64,000 nt of DNA from an uncultured Clostridia bacterium (GTDB taxonomy: Bacteria; Bacillota; Clostridia; Christensenellales; UBA1242): positions 888 through 64,887 of the forward strand of contig CALWOU010000004.1 of the NCBI GenBank assembly GCA_944383245.1, written 5' to 3'. The notes under the pieces were generated by a model. The model worked only from the letters and a program-made list of their open reading frames with translations. It made no database searches and was not told where the DNA came from. How positions within the stretch are numbered: the stretch's first letter is position 1; the number at the start of each line of letters is the position of its first letter. Made by a program: the position numbers and the translations under genes. Shown one piece after another: positions 39,072 to 50,099 of the stretch.

Positions 39072-40319
39072 CTAATTTAAAACTTTAATTTCTTTTCCGT
39101 CCAAATAATCTTTGGTTGTGGTGACCATATTTGCTACAGACACAATCTTTTCATAAAAGTTTTTCATATTTTTTGGTTGCATAAAGAGAGAAACATTGTA
39201 TTTTTTCATTAATTCGCGCTTTATTTCATAAACTTTTAAAATATCATCCTTAGGATAATAAATGAGTGCTAGGTTGTTGTTTTTAATTTCAAAATTTGAC
39301 CTTTCATTTAGTAGCATTGTGATAGGTTCAAAACCGATACTGCAACCAACCGCTGGAATATCCACACCAGCAAACTTGTTTAACATTTTATCATACCTTC
39401 CGCCACCAACAATTGCACCTGAAAAACCTTCTGTGTAGATTTCATAAACTGTGCCTGTGTAATATCCTTGACCACGCACAATAGAAACATCGAATTTAAC
39501 ATTGCAATCTTTATTTAACTTTTTAAGCGTTTCAATTAAAAATGATAAATCGTTTTTAACCTTACTATCGACCCCGTAGTCCGTTACACAATCAAGCCCA
39601 CGTGACAATACCGCATTCAAAACGTCAACAAGTTTATTTATTTTGTCTGTTTCATAACCTTTTTCAACAAGTTCCATCATAACACCTGTGATTGCGATTT
39701 TATCAAGTTTATCAAGAGTTATGCAAACAGAAGGAATATCATCTTCACTAAAACCCGCATTCATCACAAGTGCATTTAAAATTTGCCTATTATTAATTTT
39801 CACTGTTAGATTTTTAAAACCAAGAAGATTTAAAGTTGAAATGGTTGTGTTTAATAACTCTAGTTCTGCATTTATTGTTGCGTCGCCAAAAATATCAATA
39901 TCACACTGCGTGAATTGTCTATTTCTTCCTCTTTGCGGTCGTTCCGCTCTAAATGCCCAACCAATTTGAATTGATTTAAATGGGCGAGGAAGTTTCTCAC
40001 GATTTCCAGCATAAAATCTACAAAGTGGCACAGTTAAATCATAGCGCATTCCTTCTGCAACAATATCTTTCTCAGTTAAATCAGGCTTTGTTAAATCTAA
40101 TTTATCCTTACGTTTAATTGTTTTAAACATAAGTTTTAAATTATCCCCACCCTCACTGCTATCTAAAAAATCTAGGCTTTCCAAAATCGGAGTATCTATA
40201 AGATTAAAGCCGTTACGCGCATAACTATCTAAAATAGTGCGACGAACACTCTCGCGCATACTCGCCTCTTTTGGCATATAATCTAACATTCCCCTTACAG
40301 GACTAAAATCATTTTTCAT
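39072..40319 (-). CDS. hisS: Histidyl-tRNA synthetase
   Basis: MRYDLTVP, FRAERPQRGRNRQFTQCD, RGQGYYTG, GGGRYD, GFEPI. Confidence 0.93.
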   Translation of the reverse strand: MKNDFSPVRGMLDYMPKEASMRESVRRTILDSYARNGFNLIDTPILESLDFLDSSEGGDNLKLMFKTIKRKDKLDLTKPDLTEKDIVAEGMRYDLTVPLCRFYAGNREKLPRPFKSIQIGWAFRAERPQRGRNRQFTQCDIDIFGDATINAELELLNTTISTLNLLGFKNLTVKINNRQILNALVMNAGFSEDDIPSVCITLDKLDKIAITGVMMELVEKGYETDKINKLVDVLNAVLSRGLDCVTDYGVDSKVKNDLSFLIETLKKLNKDCNVKFDVSIVRGQGYYTGTVYEIYTEGFSGAIVGGGRYDKMLNKFAGVDIPAVGCSIGFEPITMLLNERSNFEIKNNNLALIYYPKDDILKVYEIKRELMKKYNVSLFMQPKNMKNFYEKIVSVANMVTTTKDYLDGKEIKVLN

Positions 40320-40514
40320 ATACCATTCCTTTATACATTTTAATTATAATAAATTTTTTAAATGCTTTTATCAATTAGTTTATATAAACAAGCAAAATAC
40401 ATTTTGTTAATTAATACATTCATTATAAAGAAAGTGCAAAAAAAAGTCAATTATTTGACCGATGTATTTGACTAGACCGTCTTAATATGATATATTTGTT
40501 TTAAGGAAAAGATT

Positions 40515-42227
40515 ATGAATAGTAAAGTTAAAAATTTTTATTCGTTTTTTTTGCATCATATGTGGATACTTGTTGTTATATTATCAACATTGATTTTGCT
40601 TTTTGAATGTGGTTTTTTGGTTTTTACTACTTCAAACAATTCAACAATGCTTGGCTCAGCAGGTGGCTGTGATATATTGTTTCACACCAATCGAATTCAA
40701 GGCATAGCTGATGCGTGGCGCGGAAGTTATCTTTTTTCTTTAGTTCCTATTTATCCGAATGCGGCATATGGATATGGGTATCTTTCAAGTTATTTTTATT
40801 CAGACTTATTTTTATACATTCCTGCAATATTTGTGTATTTTGGAATGCCTGTATTTTCCGCTTATTTTATATTTGTGTTTGCAATAGGCATAACGATGAG
40901 TTTAATAATGTATAACTTCTGCAAAAAAATATTTAAAAGTAAAAATTTGGGCTTGCTAGGCTCTCTATTATACATATCACAAAATTTTATTATTTTAGAT
41001 ATGTTTAGAAGAAGCGCACTTGGTGAAATGCTTGGACTTCTATTTATTCTAATAGGTTTTATTGGAATTTATAATATGCTATATGAAGATTTCTCTAAAC
41101 CTTATATATTACTTATTGCAATGTTTGGGCTTACTTACTCACATCTAATTAGTTTATTACTGTTTACATTAGCACTAATAATAATAGTTTTAATTAACTG
41201 CAAAAAACTATTTTGTAAACAATTTTTTATAAAAGTTTCAATAATTTTTGCAATATACTTATTTCTTTCAATTGGTTTTATAATTCCTTTTGCTAGGATG
41301 ATGTTAAGTGAAAAATATTTACTATCAAACCCATGGACTAAAGCAGTTTGGAATCAATTTAACATTTTGGATATATTATTAAGTGAATCGGGTATAGGAA
41401 TTCTTACTGTGATAATGCTATTAGTTTTACGTTTAATAATTAAAAGCACAGACGAAAACAGAAATAGAGTGAAAATTATAGATAAATTGTTAATATTTAT
41501 TGGTATTATTCAATTAATTACAACCGGCCTTTTCCCGTGGGGCTATCCTGTTATTGAAACGACACTAGGCTTAATTCAATACCCTTGGCGACTAAATATG
41601 TTAACCACTCCAATTGTGCCAATTGTGTTAATATTGCTTTTTAAAGAATTAGCATTAATAAAACCAAAATTTACATTAAAAAGAGTGTCGGTTGTGTTTA
41701 TTGTTTTAGCAGTTCTTATTAATATGTGGTCAACAATTAGTTACACAGGAACAGAAGTAGTCTCATTTACATATAACAACATCAGTATGGGCGAATACCT
41801 TCCTTTAACTGATTATGATATTTCTGAAATGTTGGACGATTATTATGCTTCACATAGTGATGTGACAAACAGCGAAGGTTTGCAAGTTGATTATACCCGT
41901 GATGAAAACACAACAAACATTTACTTCACATCAAACGAACTAGATGATTATTATGATGTTCCACTAGTGTATTACATAGATTACGTCGCAACAATAACAA
42001 ATGAAAGCGGAACTCACAATCTTGAAATTGAAAAAACTGAATACGGCTCTATTCGCGTTATGACGAATGGAGAGGTGGGCGATATTGCTATAAAATATCA
42101 AGTGCCAACAATCCATAAGGTCCCTATAATAGTTAGTTATGTGTCAATTCCATTGTCAATAATTGCTTTTGTGGTGTATGAAACAATGAAAAAGCGCAAA
42201 GCTAAAATGCAAATATCTAATTTATAA
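40515..42227 (+). CDS. Multi-pass membrane protein, GT-C/YfhO-like (PTPS-related membrane family)
   Basis: DILFH..RI, YFYSDLFLYIPA, RSALGE, IQYPWR, EYLP motifs; more than 10 TM helices. Confidence 0.7.
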   Translation: MNSKVKNFYSFFLHHMWILVVILSTLILLFECGFLVFTTSNNSTMLGSAGGCDILFHTNRIQGIADAWRGSYLFSLVPIYPNAAYGYGYLSSYFYSDLFLYIPAIFVYFGMPVFSAYFIFVFAIGITMSLIMYNFCKKIFKSKNLGLLGSLLYISQNFIILDMFRRSALGEMLGLLFILIGFIGIYNMLYEDFSKPYILLIAMFGLTYSHLISLLLFTLALIIIVLINCKKLFCKQFFIKVSIIFAIYLFLSIGFIIPFARMMLSEKYLLSNPWTKAVWNQFNILDILLSESGIGILTVIMLLVLRLIIKSTDENRNRVKIIDKLLIFIGIIQLITTGLFPWGYPVIETTLGLIQYPWRLNMLTTPIVPIVLILLFKELALIKPKFTLKRVSVVFIVLAVLINMWSTISYTGTEVVSFTYNNISMGEYLPLTDYDISEMLDDYYASHSDVTNSEGLQVDYTRDENTTNIYFTSNELDDYYDVPLVYYIDYVATITNESGTHNLEIEKTEYGSIRVMTNGEVGDIAIKYQVPTIHKVPIIVSYVSIPLSIIAFVVYETMKKRKAKMQISNL

Positions 42228-42296
42228 TAATAAAAAAATTGGTGTTTATGTTATAATACCAATTTTTTTAATCAATTTTTAATACTAAATATTTCT

Positions 42297-42569
42297 TTAC
42301 ACTTCAATTCCGCTATAACGATAAAGTTCTTCGCGGTAGCGCTCTAATGTGTCTTTTAATTTTTCATGCGGAAAAATTGTTATGTCTATTCCACGAAGAC
42401 CTTTTAATAACACACCCATATCATAACCAATATCATTTACATATTTAAGTGCATTTGGAATAATCTCGCGTTCGATATCCAAATCACTATTTGCAACTAA
42501 AACAACTTTACCACTTTTTAAACGTTTTTCTATAAAATAAATCATAATAATCTCCTTTTTGTGTTTCAT
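42297..42569 (-). CDS. Hypothetical protein
   Basis: AAGGAG RBS before the second Met; ordinary composition. Confidence 0.6.
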   Translation of the reverse strand: MKHKKEIIMIYFIEKRLKSGKVVLVANSDLDIEREIIPNALKYVNDIGYDMGVLLKGLRGIDITIFPHEKLKDTLERYREELYRYSGIEV

Positions 42570-42668
42570 TAGATGCGTTTACCATTCTATTAAAAAATTT
42601 AGAAAAATAAAACTAATTTTATTATGATTTTTTAGTTTCGACAATATTCGTGTTTTTTCGCTATAGAA

Positions 42669-43349
42669 TTAAAGAATTTCCACAGTGTAGGTCACAGTGT
42701 CAGCACAAAAATATCTTCCATAACCCTCTATATCTTTAAATGATTTTGCGTTTGCTTCGTTTGTCCAATATATTTTTTGGTTATCGATAAACATTGTTGA
42801 ACTAAAAATTTCGCCGTAACAGCCATAATTTAGGGTTAGATTTGTTTTAGGGTTTCCTTTTAGTGTGAAGTGAATTATTATATCCCAAGTTGTGTCTAAA
42901 ACTATGTTAATTTCATCCTTGTTTTTTGCTATGTCTTTAACAAAGGCATCGTGAAAATCTGTTAGATATAACAAGTCGGAAACATCTTTTCTATTTTTGA
43001 TAGTATATTTATCCTCAATCCTTACGTTCTTTTGCATTTCTTTGCATTTGTTTAAAATTTCAGCGCTAACTTTTTCATTTTCGCAATTTACGGCAAACTT
43101 ATCCGCAATAAACCAATCGTAGCCCGAAAAGTTTTCATCCTCACTGCTTTCAATCCAATCTTTTGTTGGACTTTCAAAGAAAAAAACATTGTAATGAAGA
43201 TTTTTATCACTATTATTTAAAATTTTATACCTTTTTAATTTCTCATTGTTTTCATCCAACGCGATTATGTAACTATTGTTTGAATCAAAAACGTCTGCAT
43301 ACGCAACTCTTTCAATAAATCTATCTCCAACCCTAATTTTTACTTTCAT
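42669..43349 (-). CDS. Hypothetical protein
   Basis: 226-aa ORF with GAGGG RBS. Confidence 0.75.
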   Translation of the reverse strand: MKVKIRVGDRFIERVAYADVFDSNNSYIIALDENNEKLKRYKILNNSDKNLHYNVFFFESPTKDWIESSEDENFSGYDWFIADKFAVNCENEKVSAEILNKCKEMQKNVRIEDKYTIKNRKDVSDLLYLTDFHDAFVKDIAKNKDEINIVLDTTWDIIIHFTLKGNPKTNLTLNYGCYGEIFSSTMFIDNQKIYWTNEANAKSFKDIEGYGRYFCADTVTYTVEIL

Positions 43350-43733
43350 ATTACCCTCAATTCTATTTTATTAGAATTTTGTAAAATAGTAAAGAAAAAC
43401 TTACAAATTTTTAAGATTTATTAATTTATGTTGAGTTGTTTAGTATAAAATAACTCTATGATTTTATAACTTTCCCACAAAAAATCAGTGTTTTTAAAAA
43501 AATTTTTCATCAACTTTCTCCAATTTAACAAAAGTTTTCCACAATTTTTACAAAAAATGTTGACAAAATTATATTTTTATGCTAATAATATATAGTGTTG
43601 CGTCAAAAAGGTTTGTAAACATTATAAAATTGCAATTATAAAAGTATAAAAATGCAGATTATTTTATAATTGTACAAAAGATTATAACTCAAAAATTGAT
43701 TGCTTCAATAATTACATCAATGCACAACAATAA

Positions 43734-43810
43734 CGCGGGATAGAGCAGTCCGGCAGCTCGTTGGGCTCATAACCCAAAGGTCGTTGGTTCAAATCCAACT
43801 CCCGCAACCA
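43734..43810 (+). tRNA. Initiator tRNA-fMet (CAT)
   Basis: CGCGGGA...C1:A72 mismatch, GGG-CT-CAT-AA-CCC anticodon arm, GGTTCAAATCC, ends ACCA. Confidence 0.97.
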
Positions 43811-43819
43811 AAATGTATT

Positions 43820-43850
43820 CAACTGAACCACCTAGGTTCAGTTGTTTTTT
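43820..43850 (+). terminator. Rho-independent terminator of tRNA-fMet
   Basis: CAACTGAACC/GGTTCAGTTG stem + T run. Confidence 0.8.
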
Positions 43851-44052
43851 ATCAAAATTTAAGATTAAAAAAATAAGGTCAATTTAAGTTTTAATTAACC
43901 TTATTTCCATACATTTATTTTGAATTGTTAATGAGTCTACTAACCCATTTATTTATAAGATATTCATATTGCTCTTCTTGCCCTAACATTACAAATTTTT
44001 TCCCATATTTTTTTGCTATCAATCATTTTTTAATTTCCTCCTATTTGTAATA

Positions 44053-44901
44053 CTAATTTAACCTATTTTCAAATTTTAATAAAATTGATTTAAATTCGTC
44101 GGGTAGGAATTTTTGCACTTGTTGTTTTAATTCGTCAGAGATGCCATAATATGCGCCAGCGATTGCACCTGAAATGCAAGCCATAGTGTCGGCATCACCA
44201 CCCATTGAAATTGCCGTACGAATTGTATCTTCATAACTATTTGCAATTTTAAACGCAAAAATAGATTGTGGCACAGACCCTGGGCAAGTTTCGTCAAATT
44301 TATATGTTTGCCTTAGTTCTTCATAATCAAAATCTAGTTTATAATAATTTTGTTCTATCTCGCTAAGTATTTCTTCTTTTGAATAATTATGTAGCGCCAT
44401 CCAAATTGCAACCGCCACCGCCTCAGCGCCTTTTATTCCTTCCGGATGATTGTGTGTTACTTCACTCACCATTTTAGATAACTTTTTAACCTCGTCTATA
44501 TTCTTTGCAAAATATGGAACAGCACTTATTCTCATTGCACTGCCATTGCCAAGAGAGTTGTATGGTTCAACGGTATCTCTTAGTAACCATTGTTGAAAAT
44601 TAAATCCATACCCGCGATAAGGATATCTTTTACCAAAATCTTTTAAGTTTTTAACAACTATTTCGCTGAGATTTTCGAAATTCCAATTTGCTTCAATTAG
44701 CGCATTGGCAACAGCAATTGTCATAACTGTATCGTCAGTAAAATGACTGCTTTTAAATAAATCCTCAACTGTCTGATTTTCTGTGTAACCCAATCCACTA
44801 AACGAATAAAGCAATTCAAAATCTTTATCTCTATGTGGTTTAAACTCAAATCTCGAACCTGCAATATCCCCAATAATTGCTCCATATACACCACTTTTCA
44901 T
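44053..44901 (-). CDS. ADP-ribosylglycohydrolase (DraG/ARH family)
   Basis: GAIIGDIAGS, FTDDT, GNGSAMR, THNHPEG, GGDADT; GGAGG RBS before ATG 44901. Confidence 0.92.
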   Translation of the reverse strand: MKSGVYGAIIGDIAGSRFEFKPHRDKDFELLYSFSGLGYTENQTVEDLFKSSHFTDDTVMTIAVANALIEANWNFENLSEIVVKNLKDFGKRYPYRGYGFNFQQWLLRDTVEPYNSLGNGSAMRISAVPYFAKNIDEVKKLSKMVSEVTHNHPEGIKGAEAVAVAIWMALHNYSKEEILSEIEQNYYKLDFDYEELRQTYKFDETCPGSVPQSIFAFKIANSYEDTIRTAISMGGDADTMACISGAIAGAYYGISDELKQQVQKFLPDEFKSILLKFENRLN

Positions 44902-45283
44902 AGTTAATATATCCTCCATGAATTTAATATATTTTATAAATATCAATTATTTGTAAAATTCTTTATTTATTTTGTGATTGTTTCAAATTTTCTTAAGACA
45001 ATTCTAATTGATTTTTAATTAAAAGTAAAACAAATGCAAAAACTATATTTATTAAAAAATGTCAATTCACAATAATATATAAAATTTGCTATCAAAAAAA
45101 CCTCAGATAAAATTTTTATTGAGGCTTTTTAAGTTTTAGTAAAATAGTATTAGTTTATATCGTTAATCAAAATATTAAATTTTTTATTATTCTCTTCGCT
45201 TTTACAAGCACAATTTACCTATTAATTGCATTTAATTTATTATAAAAGCATTAAATATTCATTATAACTCAATCCTTAGTAAT

Positions 45284-47002
45284 TTAATCATTTTGTTGTG
45301 AAATGTTATCAACAAATTCCTTAATTGTTTTTATCTCTTCAAGCATTTCTAATAAAGAGTCTTTCATTTCTTCTTTTTGCATAATTGTTTCATCTTCAAT
45401 ATTAATATTTCCAAGCACTATGTTTCGAATTATTTCGTTGATAGCAACTTGGCTTCTAAAAATATGATGATTATTTGCATAACAAATTGCTTGATCAATA
45501 ATATCATTGTTAATTTCGTAAGTGTTGCCAGATATGGTATAAGAATAAGTAGATTTTGGTCTTTTATAAACATTAACAGCTCTACCTAAATTTGTTTTAA
45601 CGTTCGCTAACTTCCTTATATACTCATTATCTGCTGGAGACACTAAATATTGTTTTATAAACGTGTTAAACTTATTATATAAGGACGTTTTATGTGAATT
45701 ATAGTCAAGAAAATTCATATCATTTTCAGTGAACGTTGTTGCATCCTTTGAAACATAATAATCTATAATCTTTTTACAAAAAGCTCTTTTTACTTCATCA
45801 TCCGAACTCAATCTTATAAATTTTTCTAATGTGTAATTATTATTAAAATTTTCATTCATCAATTCATCTGTGGACATTTTGTTGTCTACAATCTGGGCTG
45901 TAACAGATCTAACTCTTCTAACAAATCGATTTTGAACATTATCTTTAATTTCTTTAATTTTCATTCCTTCAATATAGCTTTCTGCATTAATCCGTTCAAG
46001 CATTTCATTAAAGCCGTTAATAGAAGAAATTCTATATTTTTTGCAAAATGCCTCTACTGAAATTTTTTCTTCAAGATATTTATTATATATTATCATATAA
46101 TCATTCTTATTTCGCGGTTGTAAATTATTACCTAGTGTAAAATAATCGACTATTTTTCCCGTTGCAGGATCAATCCATTCATCTGTTAGATTTTGTTTAA
46201 AAGTGTTTCCTCTATTAAATAATTTTTTTATGTTTTCTCTATCTCTGATCTCTTTAGGTAAAAAATCATAATTTTTAGAATCTTTTTTCAAACATTCTAA
46301 AAATTCTTCTGAACACAAAAAGTTATCAGGCAATTCAGCAATTATTGCGCGTCTCTTATTATATGGCAATTCATTAAAAATATGCAAAAATTCTACATCT
46401 GAATAAATTGCTTTTATCCATTCATCACTTAAATGTTTGAAAATTTCAGCTGGCAAAAGATTTAACACTTCTTCATAAAACAAATGTTCAAAAATAATAT
46501 TTACATCAAAAATACCATAATCAAACAGATTTTTAAAAATTCCGCTGTTAGTTTCTGCAAAATGCTCAAACACTTCGATTAATTGATCCTCGGTTTTAAT
46601 TCGTGAAATTATTGCTGGCACTACTTGATAATTTGTTGGATCTAATTTTTCATTATCAAAAAGTAATGATATGTCTGCACGAATTTCAGGATCTTCAATT
46701 TTTTCATATAAAAACTCCAAAATATCGGTACTGTTTTGTAAGCTTCTTATTGCATAATCTTCAAAAACTCCATAATATTCTTGAGGATTTGAATTTATCA
46801 ATTTTAATAATATATACTCTTTTTCCGCTAAAGTGTAAAATTTATAAATTTCATCTTCAATCGGTTCATTTAGATAGTCATTCCCTTGTGGTTTAGAATT
46901 GTCTGTATAATACATCAACTGTCTAACAAATTTTAGTCTCTTAGATATTTTCAATTGTTTTACTTTTTGAATTATATTATCAAGGTCAACTTTATTCGCC
47001 AT
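45284..47002 (-). CDS. Large all-alpha hypothetical protein
   Basis: 572-aa ORF, AAGGAG RBS; one DUF4116-like segment and a possible internal HTH. Confidence 0.8.
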   Translation of the reverse strand: MANKVDLDNIIQKVKQLKISKRLKFVRQLMYYTDNSKPQGNDYLNEPIEDEIYKFYTLAEKEYILLKLINSNPQEYYGVFEDYAIRSLQNSTDILEFLYEKIEDPEIRADISLLFDNEKLDPTNYQVVPAIISRIKTEDQLIEVFEHFAETNSGIFKNLFDYGIFDVNIIFEHLFYEEVLNLLPAEIFKHLSDEWIKAIYSDVEFLHIFNELPYNKRRAIIAELPDNFLCSEEFLECLKKDSKNYDFLPKEIRDRENIKKLFNRGNTFKQNLTDEWIDPATGKIVDYFTLGNNLQPRNKNDYMIIYNKYLEEKISVEAFCKKYRISSINGFNEMLERINAESYIEGMKIKEIKDNVQNRFVRRVRSVTAQIVDNKMSTDELMNENFNNNYTLEKFIRLSSDDEVKRAFCKKIIDYYVSKDATTFTENDMNFLDYNSHKTSLYNKFNTFIKQYLVSPADNEYIRKLANVKTNLGRAVNVYKRPKSTYSYTISGNTYEINNDIIDQAICYANNHHIFRSQVAINEIIRNIVLGNINIEDETIMQKEEMKDSLLEMLEEIKTIKEFVDNISQQND

Positions 47003-47141
47003 TTTTCTTTCTCCTTAATTTTAAAACTCTCTTTACCAAAAAATCGTTGATTTCAACTAGTTGCTCAAAGTTTAACTTATCTACTAAGTCTGGTGATTTT
47101 TCAATTTTCTTTAAAATGTTTTTAATTTCTTTATTTTCCAT
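46992..47141 (-). CDS. 49-aa small protein overlapping the start of the 572-aa gene (not in ORF track)
   Basis: GGGGAG RBS; MENKEIKNILKKIEKSPDLVDKLNFEQLVEINDFLVKRVLKLRRKKNGE*. Confidence 0.6.
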   Translation of the reverse strand: MENKEIKNILKKIEKSPDLVDKLNFEQLVEINDFLVKRVLKLRRKKNGE

Positions 47142-47369
47142 CAATCTCCCCTTTTTATGAATTATAGATTATATTTTTTATTTTGTCAATATTAAACTTT
47201 AAAATGTGTAATGAACATTTTATCAAAATATATACAATATTGCTGAAGCATAAAGTATGAAAGTCATTATAAAGAAGTGAGATTTTAACTGCTTTTATCT
47301 GTTATTTTTGATAATAATTTATATCATTTTAATTTCTGTTTAAAATAAATATTTTTTTAAATTTTACAT

Positions 47370-48701
47370 TTACTTGATAATTTTCAAATAATTTATTAAG
47401 GGTTGTTTTTTGTTTTCTACTTTTTCGTCTAGGACGGCGTTTAGTAAGAATTTTAGTGCGTCGCCTATTTCTTTGCCTTTTAGACCAAGAGATAACACAT
47501 CTCTTCCATTTACTTTTAAGTCTTTAAGAGAAAATGAAAGTTGCTTTTTTTCAATTTCGTTTAAAATTACATCAATTTTATTAAATTTTTCAATTCTCTC
47601 GTTGTGGATAGGTGCTTGACCAAAATTGTCCGCCCTTTGCAACAATATTAAATCTCTTGCGCATTCAACGCTTCCTAATTTATACATCAATCTATTAATG
47701 TACTTTTCGCTCGCCTGCAAATCCAAATCGTGATATTTAATTAGTTTTGTGACATGATCGATTGTTTTATTATCATACTTTAATCGTTTTAAAATTTTTC
47801 TGGATATTTCATAACTTTTTTCTGCGTGTCCGTAAAAATGCCCCACTCCGTCGCTAGACATAGAAAAACTAGCAGGTTTTCCAATGTCGTGAAACATAAC
47901 AGCAAGCCTAATATTTTTATCTTCCACCGTGCCATCAAGCGCAACACAGGTGTGAGTTAGTACGTCGTACCTATGGTGAGGATTAAATTGATTGAAATCT
48001 TTCATTGCAAGAAGTTCGGGAATGACCACTCCAAAAATGTCAACATATTCTAGCATTGCAGACTTTGCATTTTTCCCAAGCAACGTTTTTTCAAATTCCA
48101 CGCGAATGCGCTCAGCGGAAATATGTTTTAATAAACCCTTTAATGCAAACATTGCATTTTTCGTGTTTTCCTCGATTTTAAATCCTAACACGGATGAAAA
48201 CCTAATCGCTCTCAAAATTCTAAGCGGATCCTCTTTAAATCTCTCAACAGGGTCTCCCACACAGCGAATAATTTTATTTTTTATATCTTCAATTCCGTTA
48301 AACTCATCAACAATCCTTTCTCCGTCGTACGCAAGCGCATTTATTGTGAAATCTCTTCGCTTTAAGTCATCAATCAAACTTTGCGTAAATGTGACCTCAT
48401 TAGGATGCCTAAAATCATCATATTTTCCGTCTATTCGATAGGTTGTTATTTCAATTGGAAGCGAGTTGACTATAACAGTAACTGTTCCGTGCTTTATCCC
48501 CGTTTCAATAATTTTATAACCGCTTAACACTTTTTCCACTTCGCTAGGAGTGGCATTAGTTGTTAAATCTAAATCCTTATATGGCGCACCTAAAACGAAA
48601 TCTCTAACGCAACCGCCCACCAAAAAACACTCAAAACCCACACCACATAACGTTTTGATAATCTCTATAACCTCACTTGGAATTTTTAAATGTTTTTGCA
48701 T
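47370..48701 (-). CDS. cca: tRNA nucleotidyltransferase (CCA-adding/poly(A) polymerase family) with HD domain
   Basis: LVGGCVRD, DLDLTT, EITTYR, DLKRRDFTINA, EDPLRILRAIRF, HDIGK. Confidence 0.88.
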   Translation of the reverse strand: MQKHLKIPSEVIEIIKTLCGVGFECFLVGGCVRDFVLGAPYKDLDLTTNATPSEVEKVLSGYKIIETGIKHGTVTVIVNSLPIEITTYRIDGKYDDFRHPNEVTFTQSLIDDLKRRDFTINALAYDGERIVDEFNGIEDIKNKIIRCVGDPVERFKEDPLRILRAIRFSSVLGFKIEENTKNAMFALKGLLKHISAERIRVEFEKTLLGKNAKSAMLEYVDIFGVVIPELLAMKDFNQFNPHHRYDVLTHTCVALDGTVEDKNIRLAVMFHDIGKPASFSMSSDGVGHFYGHAEKSYEISRKILKRLKYDNKTIDHVTKLIKYHDLDLQASEKYINRLMYKLGSVECARDLILLQRADNFGQAPIHNERIEKFNKIDVILNEIEKKQLSFSLKDLKVNGRDVLSLGLKGKEIGDALKFLLNAVLDEKVENKKQPLINYLKIIK

Positions 48702-48731
48702 AATATTTGTATTTATTTTTTTACACTTTAA

Positions 48732-49577
48732 CTACTTATCTTCTTTTATATTTTTTACTTCTAATAGGATTTTATTTTTTGCATTTAACGAACTTACAAC
48801 CTTTCTGCCTGTTTCTTCTTCAAATCTTCGCTTTGCATCGTTTGCAACACTACCTCCACGTCGCGCCACATTTTTATTTTCTTCAAAAGTTTGAGGTTCT
48901 TCTTGTTTTGATAACGTCGTTGTTGTAACCTCTGCTAGCATATTTAAAACTAATTCTATATTTGTCATATTGTCTCTTAAATTCTCTTTTTTAAGACCTT
49001 TTAGTTTTTTATATTCTTGAACGGAAAGTCCACTCCAAGCCTTTGTCATCTCATTTGTTAGAATTGCATAATCTTTTTCTTGAGTGACCCCTCGATTTTT
49101 CCATTCATCTGTTAGTTCTTTACGCATTTCAATAGTTTGAAGCCTTTGATTTATCCAACCTTCAGTGTATCCTTTCGCACGATAGAAATCAGCACCACGA
49201 AGAATTGCTTTTTCTGGATCGGCAATTTCGTTTAATCTATCACTACCAACTTGCGCAAGCCACATTTTAAAAGGTTCTGCCTTAGAACTTGGAATAGATT
49301 GAACAAGCCTTAAAATTCCCTTTGTGTCAAGAACATCGGTATCTCTCAATTTCCCGTCTTGTGCAACCAATTTCAACTGGTGACAAAATGTCACCAATTC
49401 ACTTCCTTCCTCTTTTAACCTTTGTTTTAGTTTGTTCCAATACTTTCTTGCGGTTTGATAATCTTTACTATCAGTGAGTATCCACACAACATCCACAACT
49501 GAAAAATACCAATCTTCTTTTTCCGCATTCCATTGAGTTCTAACTTTCTTATCTTCAAAAACTTTAATGCTTGACAT
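48732..49577 (-). CDS. BRO-N domain protein (phage antirepressor-like)
   Basis: KVRTQW...WYFSVVDVV, KAEPFKMWLA, LRDNMT..ELVLNMLAE. Confidence 0.85.
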   Translation of the reverse strand: MSSIKVFEDKKVRTQWNAEKEDWYFSVVDVVWILTDSKDYQTARKYWNKLKQRLKEEGSELVTFCHQLKLVAQDGKLRDTDVLDTKGILRLVQSIPSSKAEPFKMWLAQVGSDRLNEIADPEKAILRGADFYRAKGYTEGWINQRLQTIEMRKELTDEWKNRGVTQEKDYAILTNEMTKAWSGLSVQEYKKLKGLKKENLRDNMTNIELVLNMLAEVTTTTLSKQEEPQTFEENKNVARRGGSVANDAKRRFEEETGRKVVSSLNAKNKILLEVKNIKEDK

Positions 49578-49886
49578 TTCTCTCTCCCTTAATTAAAAAA
49601 CTTAAATTGTTATTCAAGTTTAACATATATTTAGAAAAATGTCATCTAGATTAATAAACGATAAATATATTTAAATTTTTAAAATAGTTATATCTTTAAA
49701 TATAAGTTTAAAAGAGTTTTTTGATGATCCTTTATTTGATAATACTAATATAGATATTTAATAATTTTTCATAATTATTTTTTTTGCTAAAAAATAATAG
49801 CAATCAAATTGGATTGCTTTAGACTAATTTTTTACACCAAAAAACTACAATCCTTATAGATTGTTGATAACTCAATTTTTTAATTT

Positions 49887-50099
49887 TTACCAAATTTCGT
49901 TGAGCCCAAGAAGATAATCGGAAGTTACGCCAAAAAATTTACACAATTTAACCACATTTATAACATCTGGATAACTTTTTCCAAGTTCCCAAAGTGAGAT
50001 TGTGTCCTGCGTGGTTGATATTTCTTTAGCAAGTTCAGTTTGAGTGATACCCTTTTCCTTTCTTAGTTCTCTTATTAGTTTTCCTATTTGCATATTCAT
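49887..50099 (-). CDS. XRE-family HTH regulator
   Basis: IRELRKEKGITQTELA...ISLWELGKSYP...FGVTSDYLLG. Confidence 0.88.
   Translation of the reverse strand: MNMQIGKLIRELRKEKGITQTELAKEISTTQDTISLWELGKSYPDVINVVKLCKFFGVTSDYLLGLNEIW

Noticed and set aside
40320-40514. T-box leaders before hisS (and before lysS at 63364-63593)
   Set aside because: No GGTGGNACCGCG T-box motif visible on the coding strand
43440-43560. TTTTCCACA/TTTCCCACA words as DnaA boxes (oriC)
   Set aside because: Only mismatched, sparse copies with no dnaA/dnaN nearby; the single perfect TTATCCACA I noticed (50537) is inside veg
43940-44026. Tiny ORF with AGGAGG RBS that would extend with a frameshift in an A6 run
   Set aside because: Under 30 aa in either reading with no recognisable homology; cannot distinguish from noise
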